Below, in pieces: positions 9,306 to 18,054 of a stretch of DNA of 23,609 bases. Position 1 is the stretch's first letter, and each line of letters opens with the position of its first letter. This stretch comes from Candidatus Cloacimonadota bacterium (GTDB lineage Bacteria; Cloacimonadota; Cloacimonadia; Cloacimonadales; WRIO01): assembly GCA_029564175.1 (NCBI GenBank), contig JAKQQL010000021.1:1-23609 (forward strand), in the 5' to 3' direction. A program made the translations under genes and the position numbers. The notes under the pieces are model-generated. The model saw only the letters and a program-made list of their open reading frames with translations, had not been told where the DNA came from and made no database searches.

Positions 9306-10043
9306 ATGAAAAGAATAATCTTTTGTGCCACACTGTTTTTGATAATCATGAAGCTGTTTAGTCTGCAGTCCATGACCTTTTACACTCAGGAATTTAAACC
9401 TTACATCTATTCTGAAAACAACAAAGCCGTTGGTCCAGGCGCTGAAATGATTCATGAAGCCTGTAAAAAGGCCGGTATTGAGTATAAAATCATCATCTCT
9501 CCCTGGCGACTGGCTGTGAAAAATGCTGAAATAAACAACAACAGCGGGCTCTTTTTTATCGCTAAGTTTAAAGAACGGGAAGACCATTTTGAAATATCTG
9601 AGTCTTTAGCAAAAGGAGAATATGGATTCTTTGTAAATCAGGAATATGCTTCTATCTTTGAAAATGACTTCACAAAACTGAAAAATACAAGAGTAGGCGT
9701 CTATGGACCCTCCTTTACTTCTGAATCCCTCAATGAATTTTCCTTAACAATGCCCCTTCAGATTGATATGACCACCGATGATGAAGCCGCTTTTAGAAAA
9801 CTTGAAAACAAACGCATTGAATCCGTTTATTCCAATAAAGCAGTCGGATATTCCATTATAAAAGATCTTAAACTTAAAAATGTCAAGTATCTGAAAGACC
9901 ATAAACAGATTATCTACCATATTGGCATCAATAAAAATGCAGATCCCGAAACTAAAAAGGCTTTCCTGAACGAAATAAAAAAGTTAAAACAAAAAGGGAT
10001 CATCAACAATATCCTTAAAAAGTATGAACTTAACACTATGTAA
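9306..10043 (+). CDS. Family 3 extracellular solute-binding (amino-acid ABC-type) protein, stand-alone
   Basis: Signal peptide MKRIIFCATLFLIIMKLFS, then TQEFKPY, PWRLA, ERE.HF..SESL, AFRKLENKRIE and the C-terminal GIINNILKKY. Confidence 0.85.
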   Translation: MKRIIFCATLFLIIMKLFSLQSMTFYTQEFKPYIYSENNKAVGPGAEMIHEACKKAGIEYKIIISPWRLAVKNAEINNNSGLFFIAKFKEREDHFEISESLAKGEYGFFVNQEYASIFENDFTKLKNTRVGVYGPSFTSESLNEFSLTMPLQIDMTTDDEAAFRKLENKRIESVYSNKAVGYSIIKDLKLKNVKYLKDHKQIIYHIGINKNADPETKKAFLNEIKKLKQKGIINNILKKYELNTM

Positions 10044-10053
10044 AAAAATAACC

Positions 10054-10122
10054 GTACTGCGAGCATCCTGCTTGCAGATAGAAGTAGCGCAGAATTCAAC
10101 TCCTTTGACGGGGTGCTACGTT
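10054..10122 (+). repeat. Class-C REP (10054-10076) plus an internally deleted family-D element (10084-10122)
   Basis: gtac-tgcgagca-tcc-tgcttgca hairpin. gtagcgcagaattcaactcct...tgacggggtgctacgtt matches both ends of 12318-12374. Confidence 0.75.
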
Positions 10123-10182
10123 TAAATGTGAATGATGTGGATGAATGACTGTTTCGTCCTGAAAACTTTTTTCACATATTTG

Positions 10183-10211
10183 TTGACGAAAAGAAGGAAT
10201 TGAATTAGATG
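10183..10211 (+). promoter_or_regulatory. Putative promoter for the secreted FlgD-Ig protein gene
   Basis: TTGACG-17 nt-TAGATG, with near-identical architecture to the minus-strand promoter at 9090-9118. Confidence 0.45.
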
Positions 10212-10267
10212 TATATACAGGTCTTATTTGTCAGAGCAAATACAGACTAGAAATGAAAGGAGTTATC

Positions 10268-11839
10268 ATGCAAAAGCGTATAAGATTATTGTTATTTTTT
10301 ATCATTCTCACATTTACCCAGTTTTTGACAGCACAGTTAGAGATGGGTGTGTCCCATGTCGGGCAGTTTACTGTTACAGAATCCTTGTATGGCAATCTTA
10401 CCTGTGTTGGATTAGAAGGAGATACGCTGGTTTCTTACAAATATGCATTTAATGATCGTCAGTTTTCCTTGTCAAAAGCAAGTGTTTTTCCTAATGGCGA
10501 GTCCACCGCTTTTTTGAATGTGTTTAGTTTAGATATACCTGAAGCACACGGAGAAGTGCCAGTTTATTTGAATGTCAAGAGCGAATTTATCAATGGGGTT
10601 TATACGGCTATTTTCAAATTCAACGATCATTTATTCATTATTTTTTCACGCAGTTATGGTATGGAATATCATGATATTGATATCTCATCTATTGACCTGG
10701 ACTATTATGATCCTGGGTTAATCCATATCGCCAATGATCAGTTGGTCTATCTTTCAAATGTGTCTTATCCGGATAATCAAGGGCTCAATATATATAAAAT
10801 AAATCTGGAAACTCATGAGATCACTCTTTTAATCCAAAATGAACCAAGTTTAACTGAAAGCATTGGTTTTCAAAGCTTTGGGGAATACACGATTGCTTAT
10901 GATTATATGTCATATAATGGCAATGCACTTTTGATTCGAAATGGTGAAATTGTGAATTCCTATACAGGGATTTGGGGTATTGGTACGATTGGTTACAGTT
11001 TTACGCAGAGATTCTGTAATCGTTACTATTTTACTATGGAGCATAACTGTGTTTTTTATTCGACTTCCTTGATTATCTGGTTTGAAAATGATTCCGTCAA
11101 TCGTTATGGACTCAGTTCAAGCTGGCTGGAAGGCTTTTCACCAGATTTGTTTAGTGGTATCTGTACACTCAGTGACAGTACTTTTCTAACGCATTATGTC
11201 AGTGAAAATATGGGTATCAATGAATTTAGAACTTACCAAATTGATGTAATCAGCCCTTTTAATCATTTAGATGAAAGTGACGTTTTTCCTGATTTGAGTC
11301 CATACGGCGAACCTCTTACCTTAGTTCCTTCAGGAGAGGATTATGCTCTGGCTATCAGCCGTGGAGAGAATCAGGCGATGAATTTTAATCTGGTAGATTT
11401 TACTGATGAGCGTATCAGAACTTATCCTTTTGTATTTGATCATTCTTCAGATGCTTATTTTGGCTCGATACATCATTCTCAAGAGGTGGTTTACATTTAT
11501 AGACATCCAAACATCAATATTTTCAGAATTCAGCCTGTTCAGGGCAGTTCTGACCCTACTATACCGGCAATAAACAAGTTGGCTGAGATCTATCCCAATC
11601 CATTTAAAGGACAGTGCCGTATCAAGATCAACAGCCCTGTTCAGCCTAAAGTCTCAGTTTACAATATTAAAGGGCAAAAAGTCAGAGAATTGACTCCAAA
11701 TCAATCTTCCGGCTCAGAAAAAATGATAGATTGGGATGGTAAGAATGATCAACATCAGGATATGCCCTCCGGTATTTATTTTGTGAGAATTCAGTCTGAA
11801 AATCAGACAATCAGTCAAAAGATTTTAAAATTAAAGTAA
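10268..11839 (+). CDS. Secreted protein with a C-terminal FlgD Ig-like / T9SS type-A-like sorting domain
   Basis: Signal peptide MQKRIRLLLFFIILTFTQFLTA (RBS GAAAGGAG before ATG 10268). C-terminus IYPNPF...VYNIKGQKVREL...WDGKNDQHQDMPSGIYFVRI...QKILKLK. Confidence 0.85.
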   Translation: MQKRIRLLLFFIILTFTQFLTAQLEMGVSHVGQFTVTESLYGNLTCVGLEGDTLVSYKYAFNDRQFSLSKASVFPNGESTAFLNVFSLDIPEAHGEVPVYLNVKSEFINGVYTAIFKFNDHLFIIFSRSYGMEYHDIDISSIDLDYYDPGLIHIANDQLVYLSNVSYPDNQGLNIYKINLETHEITLLIQNEPSLTESIGFQSFGEYTIAYDYMSYNGNALLIRNGEIVNSYTGIWGIGTIGYSFTQRFCNRYYFTMEHNCVFYSTSLIIWFENDSVNRYGLSSSWLEGFSPDLFSGICTLSDSTFLTHYVSENMGINEFRTYQIDVISPFNHLDESDVFPDLSPYGEPLTLVPSGEDYALAISRGENQAMNFNLVDFTDERIRTYPFVFDHSSDAYFGSIHHSQEVVYIYRHPNINIFRIQPVQGSSDPTIPAINKLAEIYPNPFKGQCRIKINSPVQPKVSVYNIKGQKVRELTPNQSSGSEKMIDWDGKNDQHQDMPSGIYFVRIQSENQTISQKILKLK

Positions 11840-11851
11840 GGGAAAACGCTT

Positions 11852-12292
11852 ATGTTAAAGTTATCTGACGAACTGGTACAGGATATTGCAAACAATATAG
11901 ACATGGAAATGATCTGTTATCTGAATATCAAAACAATGGAACCTACTTACGTGTTTCCTGAAAAATTTTCAGAGTGTTTAGATGAAGATCTTGATGAAGC
12001 TTCAGAATTTGTCTATGAACATAAGGAAGACTTTATCAAGATCGAAAAGCCAGATAGCCATACGGCTTACAAGTTTATGGAAGCTTTTATCGAAACCATT
12101 ACAGACGAAAGAATTGCAGAACGCTTATCTGATGCCATCTCTTTTGCAAAACCTTTCAGAAACTTTAAAGATATACTGGCAAGATATCCTGATGTCCAAA
12201 AAGAATGGTATGCTTTTAAAAATAAAAAATACATTGAATACATTAAATCTGAAATTGTACTTCACACGAAGGTGCGGAGGGGCGGAGAGTAA
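11852..12292 (+). CDS. UPF0158 family protein
   Basis: SHTAYKFMEAFIETITD..IAERLSDAI...KPFRNFKDILARYP....WYAFK matches the UPF0158 pattern. Confidence 0.8.
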   Translation: MLKLSDELVQDIANNIDMEMICYLNIKTMEPTYVFPEKFSECLDEDLDEASEFVYEHKEDFIKIEKPDSHTAYKFMEAFIETITDERIAERLSDAISFAKPFRNFKDILARYPDVQKEWYAFKNKKYIEYIKSEIVLHTKVRRGGE

Positions 12293-12317
12293 GAGATCTG
12301 TAGAGGGTTTGAGAAAA

Positions 12318-12530
12318 GTAGCGAACAATTCTCCTCCTGTGGAGGGATGTCACGGAGTGACGGGGTGCTACGTTCGTTTATGCGGTATGTTCATTTTATG
12401 ACATTTGGCTTCAATCATGCTTACAAGGGCAACCGCGAGGGTTGCCCCTACGTAATGATTATTTCCTGCAAAACGCTTCTCCGCACCTCCGAATGAGCTT
12501 GATTTTTTACCAGCAAGATGCTGGTAGTGC
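12318..12530. repeat. Mosaic of repeats: family D (12318-12374), GTAG-GGGCAACC REP (12426-12451, minus) and class-C REP (12508-12530, minus)
   Basis: aattctcctcctgtggagggatgtcacggagtgacggggtgctac; reverse complement gtaggggcaaccctcgcggttgccct; reverse complement gcac-taccagca-tct-tgctggta. Confidence 0.8.
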
Positions 12531-12556
12531 AGGCAAATGCTACCCGTATAACAGAC

Positions 12557-13081
12557 CTAAACATTTGTGGAAGTTGTTATTATACCGATCTCGGGACTGA
12601 TCTGCAATTGCGTTTTGATTTGATGAGCCTGTTCCGGATCTGATTTTGCCAGAGAATTAATGCTTCTGTTGATAGATTTGAGGACTGACTTTTTCAGGCG
12701 TTGCTGACTAGAATCCATATTTCTGATTTGTCCGTTTTTATGAGTTGCTCTGATGAGATAGTCTGTCAGAAAATTCAGTTCTTTTTTGGCTTCTGCCTGC
12801 TTATTTGAATTTTGACATTGCTGACATGCAGCAATCAGTTCAATCAGGTAATTCATTCTTTTTTTGATGTCATTGATTGTTTGATAATCACAGAATGGAA
12901 GCGCTTCTTCTGTGATAACGTTGACATTGATTTCATTGCCAGGGTAAAATTGTTTGTTTTTGATATAGTATTCTTTCAGAAAAAGTAAGACTTCTGGTTT
13001 GAATGTTTCACCTTGATGTTGTATTAAAAATAACAGGTAAAAGTCTTTCTTTTTGTTGGATAAATTCGCATTATTTTTCAT
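12557..13081 (-). CDS. Hypothetical protein (helical, basic C-terminus)
   Basis: 174-aa ORF with RBS AAAGGAG, 62 nt downstream of and co-oriented with the DUF4373 gene. No family recognised. Confidence 0.7.
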   Translation of the reverse strand: MKNNANLSNKKKDFYLLFLIQHQGETFKPEVLLFLKEYYIKNKQFYPGNEINVNVITEEALPFCDYQTINDIKKRMNYLIELIAACQQCQNSNKQAEAKKELNFLTDYLIRATHKNGQIRNMDSSQQRLKKSVLKSINRSINSLAKSDPEQAHQIKTQLQISPEIGIITTSTNV

Positions 13082-13143
13082 AAAAATCTCCTTTCCTTTC
13101 CTTTTCCTTCCCTTATCCTTTCCTATTCAATCGTATGTCAAGA

Positions 13144-14214
13144 TTAGGGGCTGTGATTTGTTGATTTTTGATTTTGGCAATATTTATCATACAGATATTT
13201 TCGGAATATTGCATTGATTATCAGATTGTTATAGCCTTCTTTATCAAAAAATTTCTTATATACACTACTGTTTTTGATGATTTGATTGTAAAAATCCGCT
13301 CGTATATTCACATCAGCTTTTTCTATCAGTTCATCAGTAATTTTTTGAAAAATCCTTGCACTTTCAGCTTCCTCCACTTCCTTTTGTTTTTTTGCAGCGA
13401 TTTCTTTTTCTTTTTTTTGTTGCAATTCTTCCGCTTTTTGTTTTTTTTGAAGTTCGTAAAGACTCTCTGCAGAGGCATTTTGAAATACTTTGATAATGTA
13501 AGCCGGCATATTTTGAACAGGTGAACACTTGTTTTTTTCAATAATCTGAGATAATTTCCTCTGAATAAAATCATAGTCATAAGTGCAAATGATTTTGTCT
13601 GCCTGTTTTTGATTCACACCCAGCGCTATCATTCTTTTACACAAATCATCATGATCCTTATCATCTGAATCTGATTTATGTTGCGGTGCTTCTGGAGAAA
13701 ATTCTTCAGACAGATGCTTTTCTTTACTTTTCTTTTCTTTACTTTGTGTTGAATCTGACAGGATATTTTCACCAGAAACAGTCCATTCTGAAGTGTTTTC
13801 TGCGTCAGAAACCAGCGTTTTTCCTGTTTTACTCATATACCTTAACTGCATATCCTTACGTTTTTTAAAAACAATTGCTGCACGTTTTTGAATGGCTTCA
13901 CTGCTAATTTTGCCTTGTTGATAAAGCGCTCGGTCAAACAAGTTGTATTCCAGCGCTGTTTCCAGTATTTTCTTAAAAGTTTTAAGTGACAAGCGCATCT
14001 TTTTACTTAAAATCAAAAAAATTTCTTGCTTCTTTTCCTCATTGGAGATATCAATAAAACAACCGGTGTTTCTGTAAATCCGCTCAAGCATGATAAAGTA
14101 AAACGCATAGCCGTCATTTCCGTACAAACTGGTCAAAACCTCAATCTTCTCGTCTGTACTGGCATCGACATCATGCGGAAAATAATCTAAACCTTCCTTT
14201 AATGGTCTTGTCAT
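13144..14214 (-). CDS. DUF4373 (Lin1244/Lin1753-like) phage-type replication initiator protein
   Basis: N-terminus MTRPLKEGLDYFPHDVDASTDEKIEVL..LYGNDGYAFYF.MLERIY, then ISSEAIQKR, the K/E-rich linker QSKEKKSKEK and a C-terminal VQNMPAYI helical domain. ATG 14214 is preceded by GGAGG. Confidence 0.85.
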   Translation of the reverse strand: MTRPLKEGLDYFPHDVDASTDEKIEVLTSLYGNDGYAFYFIMLERIYRNTGCFIDISNEEKKQEIFLILSKKMRLSLKTFKKILETALEYNLFDRALYQQGKISSEAIQKRAAIVFKKRKDMQLRYMSKTGKTLVSDAENTSEWTVSGENILSDSTQSKEKKSKEKHLSEEFSPEAPQHKSDSDDKDHDDLCKRMIALGVNQKQADKIICTYDYDFIQRKLSQIIEKNKCSPVQNMPAYIIKVFQNASAESLYELQKKQKAEELQQKKEKEIAAKKQKEVEEAESARIFQKITDELIEKADVNIRADFYNQIIKNSSVYKKFFDKEGYNNLIINAIFRKYLYDKYCQNQKSTNHSP

Positions 14215-14279
14215 AATCGCCTCCATACCAGAGTTAAACCCATCAATATCAATTTGTAAAATATCTTATTTCGGATTCG

Positions 14280-14329
14280 ATATTACAATCGTATCTTTAT
14301 TTGTCAAGGTTTTTTTGCAATATTGCAAA
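14280..14329 (-). promoter_or_regulatory. Promoter of the DUF4373 gene with an adjacent perfect palindrome (putative operator)
   Basis: Minus strand TTGACA (14307-14302)-16 nt-TAATAT. Perfect 16-bp palindrome TTTGCAATATTGCAAA at 14314-14329. Confidence 0.55.
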
Positions 14330-14385
14330 GTTTAAGTTCTAAGCTGTAATATAGGGGATTTTAGAGAGTCAATGAGAAACAACCC

Positions 14386-14647
14386 GTACTACGAATATCA
14401 TGCTTGTAGAAAATGTATTTCACGCGGAGTCGCGGAGAATGAAAGGTTTGTAGGGATTTTCGAAGCGAAGCGCCGTAAATCCGCTTTGGATAACTGTTTG
14501 TACACAAATCGAGGAGATTTTCTTTCTGTTTTTCGGATGTACGGCACTTCGCAAGCTCCGTTTCGCACATCCCTACGGACAGGGAGGTGTTCATTCCTAC
14601 GGGAATCTACTTATTACCCAGTTTTTTCTTTCCGTGCTTTGCGAGAA
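14386..14647. repeat. Nested repeat mosaic: degenerate class-C REP, outer family-G inverted pair, inner GTAGGGATTT (family F) inverted pair
   Basis: 14450-14483 gtagggattttcgaagcgaagcgccgtaaatccg is an inverted partner of 14534-14576. 14418-14439 pairs with 14626-14647 using G-T wobbles. Confidence 0.7.
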
Positions 14648-14710
14648 TTGAAATTCGATTGAAACCCCTTTTATTGTCAAATCAGTAAAAGATGATTACC
14701 GTCTGATCAA

Positions 14711-14748
14711 ACAAAGAAAAATCCGCTATATCCGAGATATAACGGGTT
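14711..14748 (-). terminator. Rho-independent terminator of the MCP gene
   Basis: Minus strand AACCCGTTATATC-TCG-GATATAGCGGATT followed by TTTCTTTGTTT, 18 nt after the stop. Confidence 0.7.
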
Positions 14749-14765
14749 AGTAAAGAATAAAGCGT

Positions 14766-17180
14766 TTATACTTTAAATCGGCGTATCAGCTCATTCAACT
14801 GATTTGTCAGCTGATCCAACTGCTTAGAGTTTTGATTGATGGCATTCGAGGTGGAATTATTGATTTGAGAGGCATCAGCCAGTTTTTGAACAATGCCGTT
14901 AATCTCATTCATACCAACAGAAATCTGCTGAATACTGCGTGCAATTTCAGCGACACCCTGATTGGCTTCAGATGAGTTTACTGCTACTTCATTGGCTGAT
15001 TTTGCGGAGGAGGTACTTGCCTGGGCAATCTGGTTGACTGCCAGACCAGCCTCATTCATGTTCTTTGTTACATTTTTAACATTTCTGTCAATATCAGAGA
15101 TGTATTTTTCCATTTGAGAAGTCTCATTAGCCACATTTCCAACGGCATTGGAAATCTCATTGGTGGTGATGGATTGTTCTTCAATACTGGAAGCAATCAC
15201 GGTATTAGTCTGATTGATATTTTGAATAATACCGGCAATCTTTTCAATAATTTCGACTGCTTTAATCGTTGCAGACTGTACCTGATCAATATCGGTTGAG
15301 ATTTTTTCAGTAGCCACAGATGTTTGTTTAGCCAGTTCTTTAACTTCATTTGCTACAACAGCAAAGCCTTTACCGGCTTCACCAGCTGAAGCGGCTTCGA
15401 TCGTGGCATTGAGTGCCAGCATATTGGTTTGATCGGCAATGTCAGAAATCACTTTAACGATTTTACCTATGGATTGAGCGATATTTCTCAGTTCTATCAT
15501 CGATTCGGCAGCGGTTTTTGCCTCTTTGTCAGCTTCGGTGGAAATCACAGAGGCATGTTGTGTATTTCTGGATATTTCAGCAATAGAAACGCTCATTTCT
15601 TCAATAGCAGCGGCAGTATTATTGATGCCCGTCAGGATACTGTGCATACTTTCAGTGGTATTATCAATATTTTTTGCCACATTGGAAACGGCTTTTGATA
15701 CATCGTTGACATTGGCAGAGGTTTGTTCTGCAGCTGCAGCAACGGTATTGACTTCTTCTGACATGTGATGGGCAGTTTCAGCAACGGTTTGAACATTTGA
15801 GGACGCTTCTTCGGCACCGCTGGCAATGACGTTGATATTGGTATTGATTTCTTCACTGGCAGCCGAGACATTATCTACCTGCAAATTAAGCGTTTCTGCC
15901 TGAGTTGAAAGCACATCGGAGGACTGATACATTTCTTTTGCCTGTTGGACAAGCGACTGATTTATCTGGATTATGCCTTTGACAATGTCATGCAGTTTTT
16001 CGATAAAGAGATTAAAATACTTACCGACCTGTCCGACTTCATCATCAGACTGAACGGGTATTCGGATTCTGAGATCTCCTTCTCCTTCTGATAAATCTTT
16101 AAATATTTCTACCAGATGCTTGATTGGAGCGACCAGCTTTTTACTCACATAAATCACCAGAATGATCATAGCAAAAATCACTAAAATATATGAAATTGCC
16201 TGAACTATGATCATTTTCAAGGCATATCGGCTGATCTGTGCCTTATCAATCACAATCCCCAAACTCCAGAAGGATTCAGAACGACCCAGTGGGAATGGAA
16301 CAAAGATTTGATAACTTGGGTTTTTACTGGTATAAGATTTCTTTTCAATCATGAATTCCTTGCCTTCACGAACTGAGGATTTCATTTCTTCTTTTTGAGG
16401 GGCATTATCCAGATCACCAATGATTTTACCCACTGCATCCGGACTTGGATGAGCGACAAAGGCACCATTATTACTCATGAGACAGGAATAGCTGTTTGGA
16501 TAAGGTTGAATCTTACCTACCATTTCCTGAAAATATTCCATTGATAAATCAATACCTGTTACACCATATACTTCGCCTGAAGCACCGATAATTGGTGCAC
16601 AAAGACTGACAACCATTGTATTCTTGCCGGCAATCTCATAACTGATGGGATCCATTACGACTTCTTTTTTAGACTGGAGTGGTTTTTTATAATAATCTGA
16701 CTGTGGACTTTCTTTATCATAATCCACACAGGCTTCCAGATGAATACCACCAATACGGTTCCAGTATCCCACATATCTGCCATTTGCATCATGACCTTCA
16801 GCATTGACATAGCCTGCATCATTTCCGTCCAGTGCATTAGGCTCCCAGATAGACCATACCCCCAGAATAGCAGGATTGTCTTCAAGAATACGTTTGAGCG
16901 TAATGTTCAAATCATTTCTGCTCAAAGTGTTCTGATCTTTGTGGGCTGCAAATGACTGGGATAATGCTCTTGCCATTGTGAGACTTTCTTCTAGCTGAGC
17001 CTGCGTCATGTGCCCGTAACGGTATGCCGTCTGTGTAACCTCGCGCAAAACAATCTCTTTAATGACACTGTTCGTTAAAATTGAACTGATAAGTAACAAG
17101 ATAATAAATGCTGGTATCAGCACCATGAGGATGGAAACCTGAAGCTTTTTACCCATCATCATATTCTTGTAGTTTAACAT
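14766..17180 (-). CDS. Methyl-accepting chemotaxis protein (TM-dCache-TM-HAMP-MCP signal)
   Basis: Two TM helices, periplasmic [18 protein letters not shown] Cache region, [22 protein letters not shown], and hairpin tip [40 protein letters not shown]. Confidence 0.95.
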   Translation of the reverse strand: MLNYKNMMMGKKLQVSILMVLIPAFIILLLISSILTNSVIKEIVLREVTQTAYRYGHMTQAQLEESLTMARALSQSFAAHKDQNTLSRNDLNITLKRILEDNPAILGVWSIWEPNALDGNDAGYVNAEGHDANGRYVGYWNRIGGIHLEACVDYDKESPQSDYYKKPLQSKKEVVMDPISYEIAGKNTMVVSLCAPIIGASGEVYGVTGIDLSMEYFQEMVGKIQPYPNSYSCLMSNNGAFVAHPSPDAVGKIIGDLDNAPQKEEMKSSVREGKEFMIEKKSYTSKNPSYQIFVPFPLGRSESFWSLGIVIDKAQISRYALKMIIVQAISYILVIFAMIILVIYVSKKLVAPIKHLVEIFKDLSEGEGDLRIRIPVQSDDEVGQVGKYFNLFIEKLHDIVKGIIQINQSLVQQAKEMYQSSDVLSTQAETLNLQVDNVSAASEEINTNINVIASGAEEASSNVQTVAETAHHMSEEVNTVAAAAEQTSANVNDVSKAVSNVAKNIDNTTESMHSILTGINNTAAAIEEMSVSIAEISRNTQHASVISTEADKEAKTAAESMIELRNIAQSIGKIVKVISDIADQTNMLALNATIEAASAGEAGKGFAVVANEVKELAKQTSVATEKISTDIDQVQSATIKAVEIIEKIAGIIQNINQTNTVIASSIEEQSITTNEISNAVGNVANETSQMEKYISDIDRNVKNVTKNMNEAGLAVNQIAQASTSSAKSANEVAVNSSEANQGVAEIARSIQQISVGMNEINGIVQKLADASQINNSTSNAINQNSKQLDQLTNQLNELIRRFKV

Positions 17181-17258
17181 AAACCCTCCATTTGACTATT
17201 TGCCCTTATTCTAGAGAATTCTGAGACTAAAGTTAAGCTTTTTTTATATTATTTTCTG

Positions 17259-17378
17259 CGTACTACAAGCGTCCCGCTTGTAGAAAAGCTGCAAGCAGGA
17301 TGATCCGTTAAGTCGTCAATACCCGTACTACAAGCGTCCCGCTTGTAGAAAAGCTGCAAGCAAGATGATCTGTTAAGT
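17259..17378 (+). repeat. Two tandem 55-nt copies (period 65) carrying class-C REPs
   Basis: cgtactacaagcgtcccgcttgtagaaaagctgcaagca(g/a)gatgatc(c/t)gttaagt at 17259 and 17324. Confidence 0.9.
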
Positions 17379-17382
17379 TGTA

Positions 17383-18032
17383 AGGGAGGCGGTTTGTTTA
17401 ATTGTGAATGATAAATTGTTTGAATCACCACGAAAAGCATAAAAAATTTACATTCGCAAGCAGGTTGCTTGCGCTACAACTAAGCGAACTTACCACCCCA
17501 CCCCAATAGGGCACCCCTCCACAGGAGCGGAATTATATTACGTACCAGTCATTTTAACCGCTGTAGGCACCCATTTTTCTTTGCGATCTTTGCGTTCTTT
17601 GCGAGAAAAGAAAACTGTTTGAAACATAGATCGAGGTGATTTTCATTCTGTTTTTCGGATTTACGGCACTTCGCAAGCTCCGTTTCGCAAATCCCTACGG
17701 ATCAGGGAGGCGGTTAGTTTAATTGAGAATGATAAATGATGAATTATGAATGAGTTAAATTCCTGTCAAGAGCAGTTGATTTTGATACAATCTTCTCCGC
17801 ATGATACATTGTTTGAATCACCACGAAAAGCATGTAAATTTACATTCGCAAGCAGGTTGCTTGCGCTACAACTAAGCGAACTTACCACCCCGCCCCAAAG
17901 GGGCACCCCTCCACAGGAGGGGAATTTTATCACGTACCAGTTGTTTTGTTTTCTGTAAGGACAAGCTTTTCTTTGCGAACATTGCGTGCTTTGCGAGAAA
18001 AGAAATTAGTTTGATACACAGAGGGAGGTGAT
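17383..18032 (+). repeat. Direct duplication of a composite repeat block (about 17383-17640 and 17704-18032) containing a REP, family D and family G
   Basis: Both copies share agggaggcggtt..tgtttgaatcaccacgaaaagcat..cgcaagcaggttgcttgcgctacaactaagcgaacttaccacccc..cacccctccacaggag..ctttgcgagaaaagaaa..gaggtgat. The second copy has an insertion of about 75 nt. Confidence 0.9.
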
Positions 18033-18054
18033 CATACCTACAGAAATCTGATTA

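Noticed and set aside
9195..9587. Minus-strand 130-aa ORF and other short ORFs nested in or antisense to major genes
   Set aside because: Shadow frames of well-supported CDSs.
12270..12488. MITE bounded by the 10-bp inverted repeat aggtgcggag / ctccgcacct
   Set aside because: The repeat is short, no target duplication is seen, and there is no second copy in the window.
3573..12553. Shared 13-mer tacccgtataaca at 3573 and 12541 as att sites
   Set aside because: It would enclose housekeeping genes and no recombinase is present; more likely another repeat fragment or chance.
14361..14662. ORFs 14361..14594 and 14372..14662
   Set aside because: They lie entirely over the repeat mosaic and have no recognisable motif.
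17249..17958. ORFs 17249..17440 and 17746..17958
   Set aside because: They are built from REP and family-D repeats; likely spurious.
10054..18032. Integron cassette array (attC sites)
   Set aside because: No tyrosine integrase, genes lie on both strands and have their own promoters, and the repeats lack consistent RYYYAAC...GTTRRRY ends.
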